Origin: Octopus sinensis
Taxonomy: Eukaryota
Direction: 5' to 3'
NCBI RefSeq assembly: GCF_006345805.1
Contig: NC_043000.1
Location: forward strand, 126,790,001 to 126,854,000
DNA: 64,000 bases
Below the pieces are notes generated by a model. That model was not told where the DNA came from and did not search any database. It saw only the letters and a program-made list of their open reading frames with translations. Positions 28,401 through 42,200 of the stretch are shown piece after piece. Both the position numbers and the translations under genes were made by a program. Every line of letters begins with the position of its first letter. The first letter of the stretch is position 1.

Positions 28401-31400
28401 CATCTCAATTGCTCTTCTCCAATAACCATCTTTTGTGCACAGTTTTCCAGAGCAGAAAGCATTTCTTCAAGAGAAGCTTCCATTTCAGCATTCTGATTTA
28501 CCTCAGGTAGTTCATTACGTATTTTGTTTCGGTGATCATCTCTTGAAAAATATAATCCTAGAAAACAGAAAAGATTCATAATGAAAGACTGTATGTATGT
28601 TATTCAGTTTTATTTCAAGATTTCTTGGCAATAGAGAAAGAGCCAGTTTCTAACATAGATCCAAGGCTCCTTCACTGGAATTTCAACAACATCAACAGGG
28701 TATTTGTGCATGTGTGTGTGTGTGTGTGTGTGTATGTAATAAGAGAAATTTATTTTCAGCAAAGACAAGTTATACTATCTGATATGGCTTGGTCACATAT
28801 GGTTATATTGGATGTTATATTTTGGAGATCCTACTCCCTAATAGAAAATGAAGACCATGCAACTACATTGATGTTATTGGCCAAGACTCACTGCATGTAA
28901 CTGAGGAACTACCAAAGCTAATGGGGGGAACAGAGGTCTCTAGTGCAGTGTGGTGAAATGCATCTTGCTCAAAGGCACTTGAGATGTATCACGAAGAATT
29001 ACAAGTATCTCAACTGATACATCACATGTTCCAATTCAGACATTTGCACTGATCTGCACTATGACCTTAAGCAAGTTATTTTATAATCTTTCCTTCAATA
29101 TATTGGTAAAATATTTCCCAGTCCTATCTTACATGTAAAATAATAGGTCCTCTGGCATATTTTGTAACCATGGACACCTGAATGAAGCTTATGCATGAAT
29201 CTCAAATTTCTTACTCACTTCACTATGGGAAGATTGTGAACTTGAAAGAAGTAAAAAGAAGCGTGTAAAAATAATGTATGATGAAAATATAGATTTTTGT
29301 GAAAGACATGCAAATTATTTGTAATTTAATTTAATCCTAAGAACATCTAATTGAGGAAACATAGACACCAACAAAACTTATTAAAAAGATAATGCAGACA
29401 ATATTAGGTTATAAAATAAGAGAATGAAAGATAAAACTGTGTACCTGATGGTGTTTTAAATGAATTTTTGTATTATTATATTATATTGATGTATAATTTT
29501 ATCACAACACATCGACAGCATCGTTTTATTGGGTGTATAATGAAGATGATAGCAGTGGTGATGGTGGTGGTAGTGATATAATGATAATCATGCTCCTGAT
29601 GCATACAACAAGGATGATAATGATGACGACGACGATGTCAATGATGACATTGAGGTTGGTGATGGTGTCACCAATGACAAAAATATTAACGACACTGCTG
29701 CTGACAATGACAATGTTGATGATGATGTTCATGATGATGGTGATGATGATAGTGATGATGATGATATAAGTTCATGTATGAAGGAACGGAAAAAAAAATA
29801 ACACAAGGAAACAATCAATATCTATAAAGAAATTAAAAATGAAAGATTTGATTTATGATATATTCACTAAACACTTTAATTCTTAGTTTTGTTGGCTGAT
29901 TGTTCTTTTGATATTTCTTCTTCTTCTTTCTTTTCTTTTCTTTCTTCTTTTTTTATTTTGGAACATTTCAAATGGAAACTAATCTAAACATTGTTGTAAA
30001 CACAGAAGTTGAACAAAAATGACGGAAGCTGACTGCTGTCAAGCTACCATCTCGTTAATATATCTTCTGCCAGTTGACTGAGAAACATATAAAAGGATCG
30101 TGAATTATTATTACGTTGCTATGATATTGATGATGATGATGATGATGATAATAATGATAATCATGATTATCATCATCATCATCATCATCGTTGTCGTCAT
30201 CATCAGCATCAATATCATGGCAACAAAACACCAAAACTCTAGACTGAAAAGATTATTGGGTAAAAATAAGTTAATTTTGTTTTCAAATTTTAAAACAATA
30301 ATAGAAAAAAATATTTTAAAGTTGTGCTTGACTTGTTAAAGCAATTTTACATTTTTTTTATTTTCATAAGAATTGTTATCTTTAGGACATTAAAAGATTT
30401 TTGTGAATGGAATTTCTTAATGAAAACTGTAAAGAAGCCTGTTACACTCATACACATATACATACATATAAATATACACTGCATCAGCTGTATGGTATAT
30501 ATTTCTTCAATATGTAATATCAAGCACAATATTTTTCTTCATTTTTAACATTTATTTAGATTTCAATTGCTGAAGAAAATGTAATGAGAAGTCCAATATT
30601 AAAACATGTATGATGGTTATTTGAATAACCTTTAGCACTGGTCCTCACAGAAGCAAAGTGGCTGAGTTCCTTTCAAGTCTAGGGCCTCACAGAGGCAATG
30701 AACTTGTAAACTAATTTTAATGGTCATTTTAGAACTCTCTTAGATTATTTTGATTTTGTATTTGGTTAACAATATTCTTTATGTGAACTTATGTATTGAA
30801 GCATATTTTGTTGTATCTTGGGAAGGTCATTATGTGAATAACAAACACATGTACTGGTTCTATTTTACTTTTTATTTGTCAATTGGTTAATTACCAAAAC
30901 AATTAACTAAACAACTGATTAATCATTCAGTCAATCAATGACTCAGTTAAGTTTCTCAAAGTCCTTTCATCGCCATTCATGATCTCTTCAATGACATGCC
31001 TTCTCTACTCCAGGACTGTCAGTCTGTTTCCCCTTAGATTCTTTTTCATAAGATTTACATACTATTCACCACAATTTCAATAGCATCAAAATCCAACTGC
31101 TAAAAGAAGAAGTACTACAAGATGTTTACAATGGCAATAAAATTCTGTGTTAGATTGTTAAAGTTTTTGAGACATCCTACTGAAAATAATTCCATTTAAA
31201 ACACCTTTGCATTATTCATCAACGCTTTCATATAATGTGAGGTTGCCAAGAATCTCCTCTTTCATAAAACACCTGTGCTTGTTGCTCTATTTTACTTTAG
31301 TCTCTCAACACCTGGTTTAAAATCACTTCCCTCAAACTAAATACTACTCCACCAACTTAGGCAGGGGGTGGGGCTTTTTCCTTTTCTTTACTCATCTTGC

Positions 31401-33135
31401 AAGTTACCTGTAGCCCTCACTAGTGCTGGCAGTATGAAAACAATTACACTGAGCACACTATAAATTGGTTAGCATTAGAAAAGGCATCCATCATGTAGTT
31501 ACACTAGTCAATCCATTTCTTATAGGCCCTATTTTACTTCATGCCCCATATCTTAAGCAAAACAAAAATTGTTATTTCATTGTAATTTCAAAACAGCTTA
31601 AATTTCTCACATTCTTCATGAAAAAAAGAAAAGTTCATCTTAGTGAATTTAAAAATGGTTAATGGTGATAGAGAATAAGAAACTTTTATGAATAATTACC
31701 AGAAGTAAATTGATCAGGTGGCCTTTGAACAAAGCTGCTTTCTTGCACTGGACTGTCTTGGATACCTTGGTAAGAATCAAAAAAAGAAAAATTTGTTAAT
31801 GTTGTGTCTACTGAAACAATCTTTCATCAGAATATATTATCATTAAAACTTTTTACAAATTTAAATAAGAGACAAACAGATAAGGGTTGGCAACAGGGAA
31901 TGCATTTGATCTTAAAATGTTGCCTCAAATTGAATCTATGCCAATATAGAAAAATGGATATCACTTGCATATTTAAAAAAGGATCAGAACAATATTTCTT
32001 GTGTGGTAAGACTGAAAAACTGGTAATAGTTTTTTTTTAAAGATATTCTTATGCAGGTTATTTTTATAAATGTTATATTTCTTTCCACTGTCTTATTTTT
32101 TGGGTTTCATGATATAAAATTTCCACCAAGAAAAAGTAATACAAGGAAAGGGAAAAATAAACCCCAGAAAACTAGACAGAAGCAGTATTGCAACAATCTG
32201 CTAGAAATAGTAACCAAACCTCCCTCATATCACATTTACTATTTTAAAAACATAAGGATACATTGCATAAAGTATATCTAGACACACTATGTCTGAAATA
32301 AAAGATGAGATTGTCTTAAATTATTATGAGAAGGCAAGTTGCATATAGTTACATCAATCAATCTATTTCTCATTATCCCTATTTTCCCTCATACCCATAT
32401 CCTAGGCAAGACAAAAATTGCTACAAAAGCTTTTTTCTTCATTGTAATTTCAAAAGAAATTTCTCACATTCTTCATGAGAGAAACAAAAGTTCATCTTAG
32501 TGAATTTATAAAGTGTTAATTGTGATGGAGAAGAAGACACTTTTATAAATAATTACCAGAAGAAAATCGATCAGGTGGCCTTTGAATAAACCTGCTTTCT
32601 AGCACTGGACTGTCTCGGGTATCTTGGTAAAATTCAATAAAAGAAAATTTATTAATGTTGTGTCTAATGAAACAATTCTTCATCAGAATATATTTATCAT
32701 TATATTATCAAAAGTTTTTACAAATTTAAAAAAAAGGAAGAAATAAACAGGTAAGGGTTGACAACAGGAAGGACATCTAACCTTAAAATGCTGCCTCAAG
32801 CTGGATCCATGTCAATATAGAAAAATGGACATAAATTGTGTATCAAAAAGGATCATAACAGTATTTCTATAATACTGAAAAACTGATTAGTTTTTTTTAT
32901 CTTTTTAATTTTCTTACTCTTTTACTTGTTTCAGTCATTTGACTGTGGTCATGCTGGAGCATTGCCTTTAGTCGAGCAAATCGACCCCAGGACTTATTCT
33001 TTGTAAGCCTAGTACTTATTCTATCGGTCTCTTTTGCTGAACCGCTAAGTTACGAGGATGTAAACACACCAGCATCGGTTGTCAAGCGATGTTGGGAGGA
33101 CAATCACAGACACACAAACGTATACACACACACAC

Positions 33136-33193
<58 letters not shown>

Positions 33194-36072
33194 TATGATG
33201 GGCTTCTTTCAGTTTCCGTCTACCAAATCCACTCACAAGGCTTTGGTCGGCCCGAGGCTATAATAGAAGACACTTGCCCAAGGTGCCACGCAGTGGGATT
33301 GAACCTGGAACCATGTGGCTGGTAAGCAAGCTACTTACCACACAGCCACTCCTACGCCTATATTATTTAGATCATTTTCATAAACAGTATATTCTCTTTC
33401 ACTGTCTTATTCTGAGGTTTTCATGATGTAAAATTTCCACTAAGAAAGAGTAAATAAAGTAAAAAAAGAGTAATAAACCTCACAAAACTAAATTGGAACA
33501 ATATCGCTACATCCAAGTTCAATAACATCATAGTTTAGCCACAAACAAAAAGAGTTACTACAAGATGTACTACAATAAAATTCTGTGTCTGAATATTAAA
33601 GCTGTTGAGACATCCTGTCAAAATGATTCTATTTTAAATAACTTTGCATCATTCATCAACCTACCCTCACAATCCACATTGTATTCTAGAATTGCAATGA
33701 CATGACATAAAGTGTAATAAAAAATTATACGAAAGAGCTACATTCCTATTTATGGATTGTTCTAAATATAGATGTATAAATGTTCTATTCAATATTGTTG
33801 AATGAAAAGGTCTAACCATAAAAATTAGCAGGATGCAATGATTAAATAAATGGCAAATAAACCTGTTAGAAATAGTAACTAAATCTCCCTCATATCCCAT
33901 ATGCAGTCTTGAAAAGGTTACGGTACACTAAATAATGTAGTTCTTGATATATTATGTCTGAAATTTGAGAGAGGATGGTCATGTTTGGAATATCTTTGAT
34001 CATGCCTCTGAATCAGGATTACTCTGGCCTAAACAACAGCAGCAACAGTGCAGGCGCAATGGTCCAGTGGTTAGAGCAGTGGACTCGCAGTCATAAGAAC
34101 ATGGTTTCAATTCCCAGACCAGGCATTGTGAGGGTTTATTGAGCAAAAACACCTAAGCTCCACGAGGCTCTGGCAGGGAGGGGTGGTGAACCCCGCTGTA
34201 CTCTTTCAGCACAACTTTCTCTCATTCTTTCTTCATACTTCCAATCTAGTCTTGGGATGTCCTTGAACTATTAGGAACTGGCAAGTTGCATATATTCCTT
34301 CCATCCAGATATACCCATCACACACTTATCTTATTCCCCTATTCTACCTTACACCCATATCCTAGGTAAACAAAAAAAAGTTTACAAAATGATTTGCCTT
34401 CTTTCTAATTCCAAAGTGTTTCTTAATTTTCCTTTGTAATTTTCTGACAATTTTTTCTTTCAAATTTCAAAACAAATTTTTTTCTAAATTTATGCAACCT
34501 CTGATAACAAAAAGAAAAAGGGATTGATGGGAAATACAGAAGCTGTTGAAGATAATGGAGAAGATGGTAAGTTTGTAAATAATTACCAATTCGTTCTAGG
34601 GTAACCTTGTGTTCTGGTTGTGGTCTTTCAAGCACCAAATGTCGATAATCTTGGTCATATGGAGAAGTGTGAGGTTGATCAACCTAGTAAAAGAGAAAAA
34701 TAGTAAGATCTAAAATCCAAAGAAAGTGGCAGTGATCTATACTGGCAAAAGTTAATCAATTAAAGTGCACTGATTGAAAAAAAAATTACAATGATTGATT
34801 AGCAGTGATGAACAAAAAATTCCCTTTTTTAGAAACTTGCTCTTCTAGGAGAGAAGAATTATATACAAACCAATATAGAGACCAATGAAGCACTTGTTAA
34901 GAATCAGCAGCTCTCTTAGCTTCCCTCTCTGTTTTTGTTCAGAAGAAGGACAAGTGTCTGAAAAGTTGAATTTTTCACACCTCATGGCAAATCAGTCATT
35001 GGATATTTTCTTCTTTTTTAATCAATGAACATTTATGGCAACGGAGGAAATTTAGTTACGTTTTAAAGAAATGTACTCAATAGTACTCTTTTGTAGGAAA
35101 TTCCAATAATGGATGACAGAATCAATTTCTAGGAACTAAATGCCTTATGATATCTAGTTACATTATTTTAGGTTTTGATTTCAAATCAGGCCAAGGTTGT
35201 TTTCTTTATTTTTATCATTCCAGGATCAGTAAACACTTAGTTGATTCAATCAATTTTGTGCCCCAACCTACTTCATCATCATCAGGACATTACTATGACA
35301 AGTCCTAGGACTCATAGGACTACTTACTCAGTTTCTATGATGTATAAATGACTGAGATCACAACATCACCCCTGGACAGGATGCCAGTCTGTTGCAGAGT
35401 TAATCATTTACTGTTGAATGGACAGGTGCAATGTGAAATGAAGTTGTTTTGCTCACGTATACAATGCACTTCATGATCGTAAGATTGTGGTTTCGATTCC
35501 TGGACCGGGCGATGCATTGTGTTCTTGAGCAAAACACTTCATTTCACGTTGCTCCAATCCACTCAGCTGGTAAAAATGAGTAACGCTGCGATGAACTGGC
35601 ATCCCATCCAGCTGGGGAACACATACACCATAGAAACCGGGCCCATGAGTCTGCCTAGGCTTTAAAAAGGGCGCATTTATTTATTATACAATGCACTGCC
35701 TGGTCCAGGAATCAAAACAATGATCATATAGTCATGAGTGAAACACCCTAACCACTAGGCTAGGTGCTGTCACTACCCTGAATTTCCAACTGTGACAATG
35801 TATTTGAGTTCATGTGGAAATATGATGAGATGGTCAGCAACACTTTGCAATATCTTTTATCTTTTACTTGTTTCAGCGATTTGACTGTGGCCATGCTGGG
35901 GCACTGCCTTGAAGCATTTTTAGTTGAATTTTAAGCCTAGTGCTTATTCTATTGAACTCTCTTGCTGAACCGCTAAATTAGAGGCATGTAAACACATCAA
36001 CACCATTTGTCAAGCAGTGGGGGAGGGGACAAAAGTATATGCATATATATATACATACATATATATATATAC

Positions 36073-36119
<47 letters not shown>

Positions 36120-36133
36120 CACACACATATATA

Positions 36134-36217
<84 letters not shown>

Positions 36218-39200
36218 CATACATACATACATACACATACATACATACAAACATATATATGTATATATATCATCATCATTATAATTGTTTAACGTCTGTT
36301 TTCCATACTGGCGAGGCTTTGATCAGCCTGAGGCTATGGTAAAAGACACTTGCCTAAGGTGGCAGACAGTGGCACTGAACCCAGAACCATGTGGTCAGGA
36401 CGCAAACTTCTTACCACACAGCCAAGCCATTTAAGAGTGGTTTACACTCTAATGGTGATTCAAAACTGAACTGCTAGGTAGTTGGTCAGACATTATCATC
36501 AAACCACAGTAGTTTTACATGAGTGATATATCAGGCAACCAATCAGCATCAAGCCATCACATGATTCAATTGTCTAGAATCTTCTCCTTGTGCCCCATAA
36601 AAAGGTAGTTTTTGTCAGTAATTGTAAAATTTTGAAGCATCTGCACATTGAGTCTCCATTCTTGCCACATCCAGCCAGTTAAGATAGGTGGTCAATAAGA
36701 GACAAGAATTTTCATAACCAGGAAAATATAGTGCAATTATTTTCCGGTTATGACCGCTGTATCGGTAAGCGTGTTGTAAACTCCAAGCAGTATGTCTCTC
36801 CCAGTATGTAATTACTGCGAAAGACCAACACAGTTAAAACTCTATGTGCAATAAAATCTTCTGTTAATTCTAATGACTTGTAGGTACATGATATTTTGTT
36901 ATGTGACCATAATCTCTATATATATAAAAGTCAGGTTGTGTGTGTGTGCATGCGTAAACTCACATAACTTCTGAAGTTCATAACTGATTTTCTCCAAACT
37001 GGAAACATACATTACCTGTGTTCCAGAGATCGTTTTAGACTCTTAAAACTCTTCACATAAAGAGTAACAGGCCCTCTGGGAGCAGAAAATACCCTTTCCT
37101 GAGTTATGTGGAGAAGGGAGATAACTCTTTGTGAAGTAACTTTCAGAAGTTGATTGTCTCCTTTACATCCAGCCCCACTAATCTGCTGAACGTTTTACAT
37201 CTTTTTAAAATATTGATATTAATTAATGTTTTTAATGACATTTAATTATTAACATAACAGTGTCATCTCAGTTCATTGTATGTATTTCTTAAAATTTGCT
37301 AAGCTATTGATATTATTTGCTTTTTTTTTTACTGACACATCATAATTAATGTACAATTGTCATCTTCCAATGAACACATCCACCAAATAAACACTTGACA
37401 TGTCAGTTAGTTGAATTAGCCCATCATTTACTCCACAAATGTTTTGTTGTCAATGCTACACTTCTCTGTATCACATGTTTCAACATAACTGTAATATATA
37501 TACAGGCTATGTGATTGGAGTGCTGAGCATCTCTGCTAGTATACTATAAAGTATATCAAATGTTTGATATACTTTATAGTATATTATGGTTGCAGAACGA
37601 AATACCATATACCTACAAGTCATTAGTACTTATATACCAGTTCCAAGAATACGTTTACAGTAATCCCTTGACTATTGCGAGTGTTACATTCCAAAACACC
37701 TGCAATAGTCTTTTACTCTTTTACTTGTTTCAGTCTTTTACTCGTTTACTTGTTTCAGTGATTTGACTATGGCCATGCTGGAGCACCGCCTTTAGTTGAG
37801 CAAGTATATTGTGTTATTATTATTTTCTTATAAAGTGGCTTCTATTGCTTAACTTGAATTTAACCTATGTATGTCCTAACAGAATCAAAACGTAACAGAA
37901 ACTTTATTTGATGCAATATTTTAAAGACGGACTGTTTTATAGAAAAGTTATAATTACTATATCCTTTCCAGCATTCATTTTCTCACACATTGCGTGCAGT
38001 CGTTCCATAATAAAATCATGATAGCTCTGGAAGTCATCAACTTCCTTCTGTAAATGAGTTTTACCGCTGACCTCCTCAACCATTTCTAGCAGTTGATCAG
38101 TTATATCTCCAAACCGCTGGAATTTGTTGTTTTTCATGTTCTCTTCATGTCTAATTTCCTAGAAGTAATGATATTATTTGATAAGTATTTTGTAATTGAG
38201 GTAACAAGCAAAAAACAAAACAAAAAGAAAACAGCAATGAAAACTAAAGAACTAATACGAGATAGTCACCATATTAACAACACTAGTGTTGTAGTTACAC
38301 TAATTTCTCCCACTTCCATTAATATCTTACACTATCTTGCAGTATTCACTGACTCAGATTCATTCACCTGAGGCAATTGCAGATAACTGAGACGAAAATC
38401 AGTTTAATATCATATTAGCAGGAATCCATTAGCTTCTAAATTACTCAATTGATTAAAAAGTTATTTTCAGCTAAGAAGCACAAGTGCAGCTAGCTGGAAG
38501 ATGCATACAAGCATATGCAGACTGACTTTGCATGTCACTTTTGATAAATGCCACATGAGTAATAAATTAAATGTGACAATCAATTTGTACTAAAGATAGC
38601 AGCTCCCATCAGTCAGGCAATGGAGCAACAGTTCTGTACAGGAAATCTAATTCACAGATATTACATACACATACACACGCCATGCATGCAAACATAATGC
38701 ATATACAACTCACTCATACATACATGCATGCAATCACAAACACACATAACCAACTGTACGCTATTAAATGCCAGTTCTTTGTCAGTAAATACCAGTTCTT
38801 TGCGGATTAAACACTTGAACTTTCACAAACCTGTTATGTGTTTAATCACCTAAAACCTTGTCAAGTTGAAAACTGATGTTTGAATGACATAAAGTGTGGG
38901 AAGTGTGTGTGAGGGTGGAATTTAATTATGCCTGTATTTAAATGCTAGGATGGAAGATGTAAAAGAAATTTGACCCTATAACACCATTTTATTATTTTTT
39001 TTTTTGTATTGTAGGATGAGATTAAAAATGAATTGAAAAAACATAAATAAAATTAAATAATAATTCTTTGAACTGAAATTGAAAATGATTATGTTCAAAA
39101 TGATTTCTTAAGAAAAAAAAATGTTAGAGATGAATATGTATGAAAGCCTTGGGCAGGTCAATACTTGAAAGCTTTGCACACTAATTGAAGTACAAAAGAT

Positions 39201-42200
39201 GTTGGCAGCAAATAGAACATAAATAAATAAAATATGTGAAATGGAAAGAATAATTTTTCTCAAGATTAAAAGTAAAACACAAATGATGACCAGGTTAATG
39301 AACGTGATGTCCAGAGTAATAACTTAGAATTGTAAGTTTTTAATATTTTGAAGAGGTATGAATAATTGAAGAGTTAAAGTATTAACTTCTAGCTGAAATG
39401 TATTTTCAAGTAAAATAAAGCATTTTACTCTTTGAGTCTCAGTTCATTTAGTTGTGGGAACTTCAAACAAGATCTGGGAACATCCACAGGCTTCATGTTT
39501 AATGCGAAATGCCTAAGGGTAAAAAGGTTTCCAATGAAAATCCAATTTTCTAAAACCTCTTGTATTTATGTAACCACTAAAAGATATTTTCTAGCACTCA
39601 TTGTGATAGCAGAGATTTGAACTTTGTGTAAAATGTACAAAATAAAATGCTTTCTTGAAAACAGGTAAGAGTTAGCAACATGAAGAGTATCCAGCTGCAA
39701 AACAGTGTCTCAATAATATACTCATCTAACCTATGCTAACATGAATAAAACAGACATAAAAGTGAACAATATATACATATGCATGTTACACATACACTGT
39801 ATCTAAATATTTAAAAGAATTAAAAATTTCATTAACATCTTATTTCAAACTATGCTTATGGAGCCACACTTCACTTCTGTTAACAATGACACAATAATAT
39901 TTTTCATTTTCTGTCAATATATTTCTGAATTGCTTTGTCTGTGAATAGCATCAAAATGAAATTATAACAAATTAAAAACTGGAAAACCTTTTAAAAAGAA
40001 AAAAATATTTAGAAAATATGGGAAAATTCTACTTAAAAAATATTGGATTTGCAAGAGCAAGTCAATACAAACTGCTGAGAAAAGATGATTGCTAACGGAA
40101 GTATTTTTTTAAAGCAAAATTATATTGATCTTAAAACTGACTCAAAGTGCTCTTCATCCTAATAATTTTGTGATATGTTATTCATTTCAAAGAAACCTCT
40201 CTGAAATTTACTGTCATATACATACATACATACATATGTGCACATACACACAACACACACATTTCTAAAACATGAATGTGAATCAAGGATAATATTATGT
40301 TATAGTAGTTTGTCTTTCTTCCATTGTTAGCTGTAGTTTCTATTCAGTCTTTCTACCTCCTGTTATCATTTTCATTTCTTTACTTATTGCAGTCATTTTT
40401 TTTACTTATTGCAGTCATTGGACTGAAAATGCTTTGCATTAATGCCAGTGCCTGGACCATAACAGCGATCAGTTTGAAAACAGGCATTCATAAAAAGTAA
40501 TTGAATTTTATCAGTAGATTCGATTACATTTTGAAAACGAACTGTATTTTAATAAATACTGACTTTATAATTGTTCAATGCATATATATTTTGGGGAACA
40601 TACTGTAAGTGTATTTAGATTCTTATTCATTGTTTAATGTCACATATATAAGACATTTTTGCAGCTCACTTGAACATAGTCTATTTATTACGTTCACGTT
40701 GTATATCCAGTGCATCTTTCTCTGTAAATACTTGATCTTTAGACCTAACATATCATCATCATCATCATCATCGTTTAACGTCTGCTTTCCATGCTAGCAT
40801 GGGTTGGACGATTTTGACTGAGGGCTGGCGAACCAGATGGCTGCATCAGGCTCCAATCTTGATCTGGCAGGGTTTCTACAGCTGGATGCCCTTCCTAATG
40901 CCAACCACTCCGAGAGTGTAGTGAGTGCTTTTTATGTACCACCAGCACGGGGGGCCAGTCAGGCGGTACTGGCAATGACCTCTCTTGTATCTTTTTTTAC
41001 ACGTGCCACCGGCACAGGTGCCAGTGAAGTGACGTTGGTAATGATATACCATATTATCACATTTTTATAGACCGAGACAGAAAAAAGAAGCCTGCATACA
41101 AATGGAAAATAAACCCACTTGCTTGCAAGTGAATCTTCACTTCTATTTAAATTTCAAACTATCTGCCAACAAAGTCTGTAATAGTCCTCATTACAACCAT
41201 AAAATTTAGTTTAAACATAAAGATCAAAACAGTAATAACTTGATACATAAACATGTACGTTATAGAATTAAACATTCATTATTGCTCTTAATACAGATGT
41301 AAACTCTCCACCCAGGTTCATGTGCACTTGTAATTCACCTCTGGTACTAAAATGTTTCTGCACAACCAAATTTTCCACAAACCACATCCTACTGACTAAA
41401 ACAAAGGAATATTGACTAGCTAGTCTTGAAACACTGAAAGAGAAAAAAAAATGACTGCTAGTCGTGAATGGAACCCCTTTGATCTTATTTCTGCTCATTC
41501 ATGGCTAACTTGTGTCTAAGCAGCAGCAACAACAACAATATTGAAAGAGAAATCCTTTTGTCTAAGAATGCTAATCATCACAATTTTAAAATATCACCTA
41601 GGTAACAGCTTATCTGCTGCTTTAAGAAATCATCACAGCAATCCATATTAAATGACTTTACAATTGAACTATAGCAGCAAACACCTGGTTTTTATAAAAT
41701 ATGGTTATTGAGATGAGATTAGAATGTCTGCGATTGATAACAAAATAGAAAATTTATAGAAAATAACTTACAGAAAGGCACTTAATATTGTTAGCGACAT
41801 CTTCAGATTTTTCAACTTGGATTAATTTTGCATCAACATCTTTCAGCCACTTCATTAGTTCATCATATAAGAAATGGTATTCATCCCACTTCCCTGCAGA
41901 TGTTTTCATATTACCCATATCACACAGCACTCGTTTAGATAAGTTGTCCCATCTCTCATTACATTCCCATGTTTTGTTTTTTATGTCGTTGTTGCTGTCC
42001 ACATAACCTTCCTTCACGAGAAATTTGTATTGCTTATTAATAGCTTCAAGGTCGACATGGTGTTTATTAATATCTTGTTGAATGCTCTGAAGAATATACA
42101 AAAGAAAAACAAAAAGATTGAATTGGAACAATTCTTCTTTTATTCTTTTACTTGTTTCAGTCATTTGACTGCAACCATGCTGGAGTACTGAAAAATTTTT

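Larger units (their letters stand above)
31080..34683. repeat. Diverged tandem triplication of an exon-plus-intron unit
   Basis: 31530-32040 matches 32400-32900; 31100-31225 matches 33545-33660; 32080-32420 matches 33390-33480 and 33870-34380. The donor-side flank G|gtaattatt is shared by exons G, H and I. Confidence 0.88.

Noticed and set aside
30010-30078. Good acceptor (ttttatatgtttctcag) followed by [10 protein letters not shown]-like text
   Set aside because: It is closed in phase 1, the phase required between exons I and J, and has no convincing donor
29526-30339. Met/Ile/Asp-rich ORFs
   Set aside because: They are translations of degenerate (GAT)n/(CAT)n low-complexity tracts
30960-31040. 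TDSP-encoding segment resembling exons H and I
   Set aside because: It has an in-frame stop, no polypyrimidine acceptor, and lies outside the duplicated unit
34872-34957. Possible phase 1->1 exon ([18 protein letters not shown]...)
   Set aside because: It lies between phase-0 junctions F and G and has a weak donor
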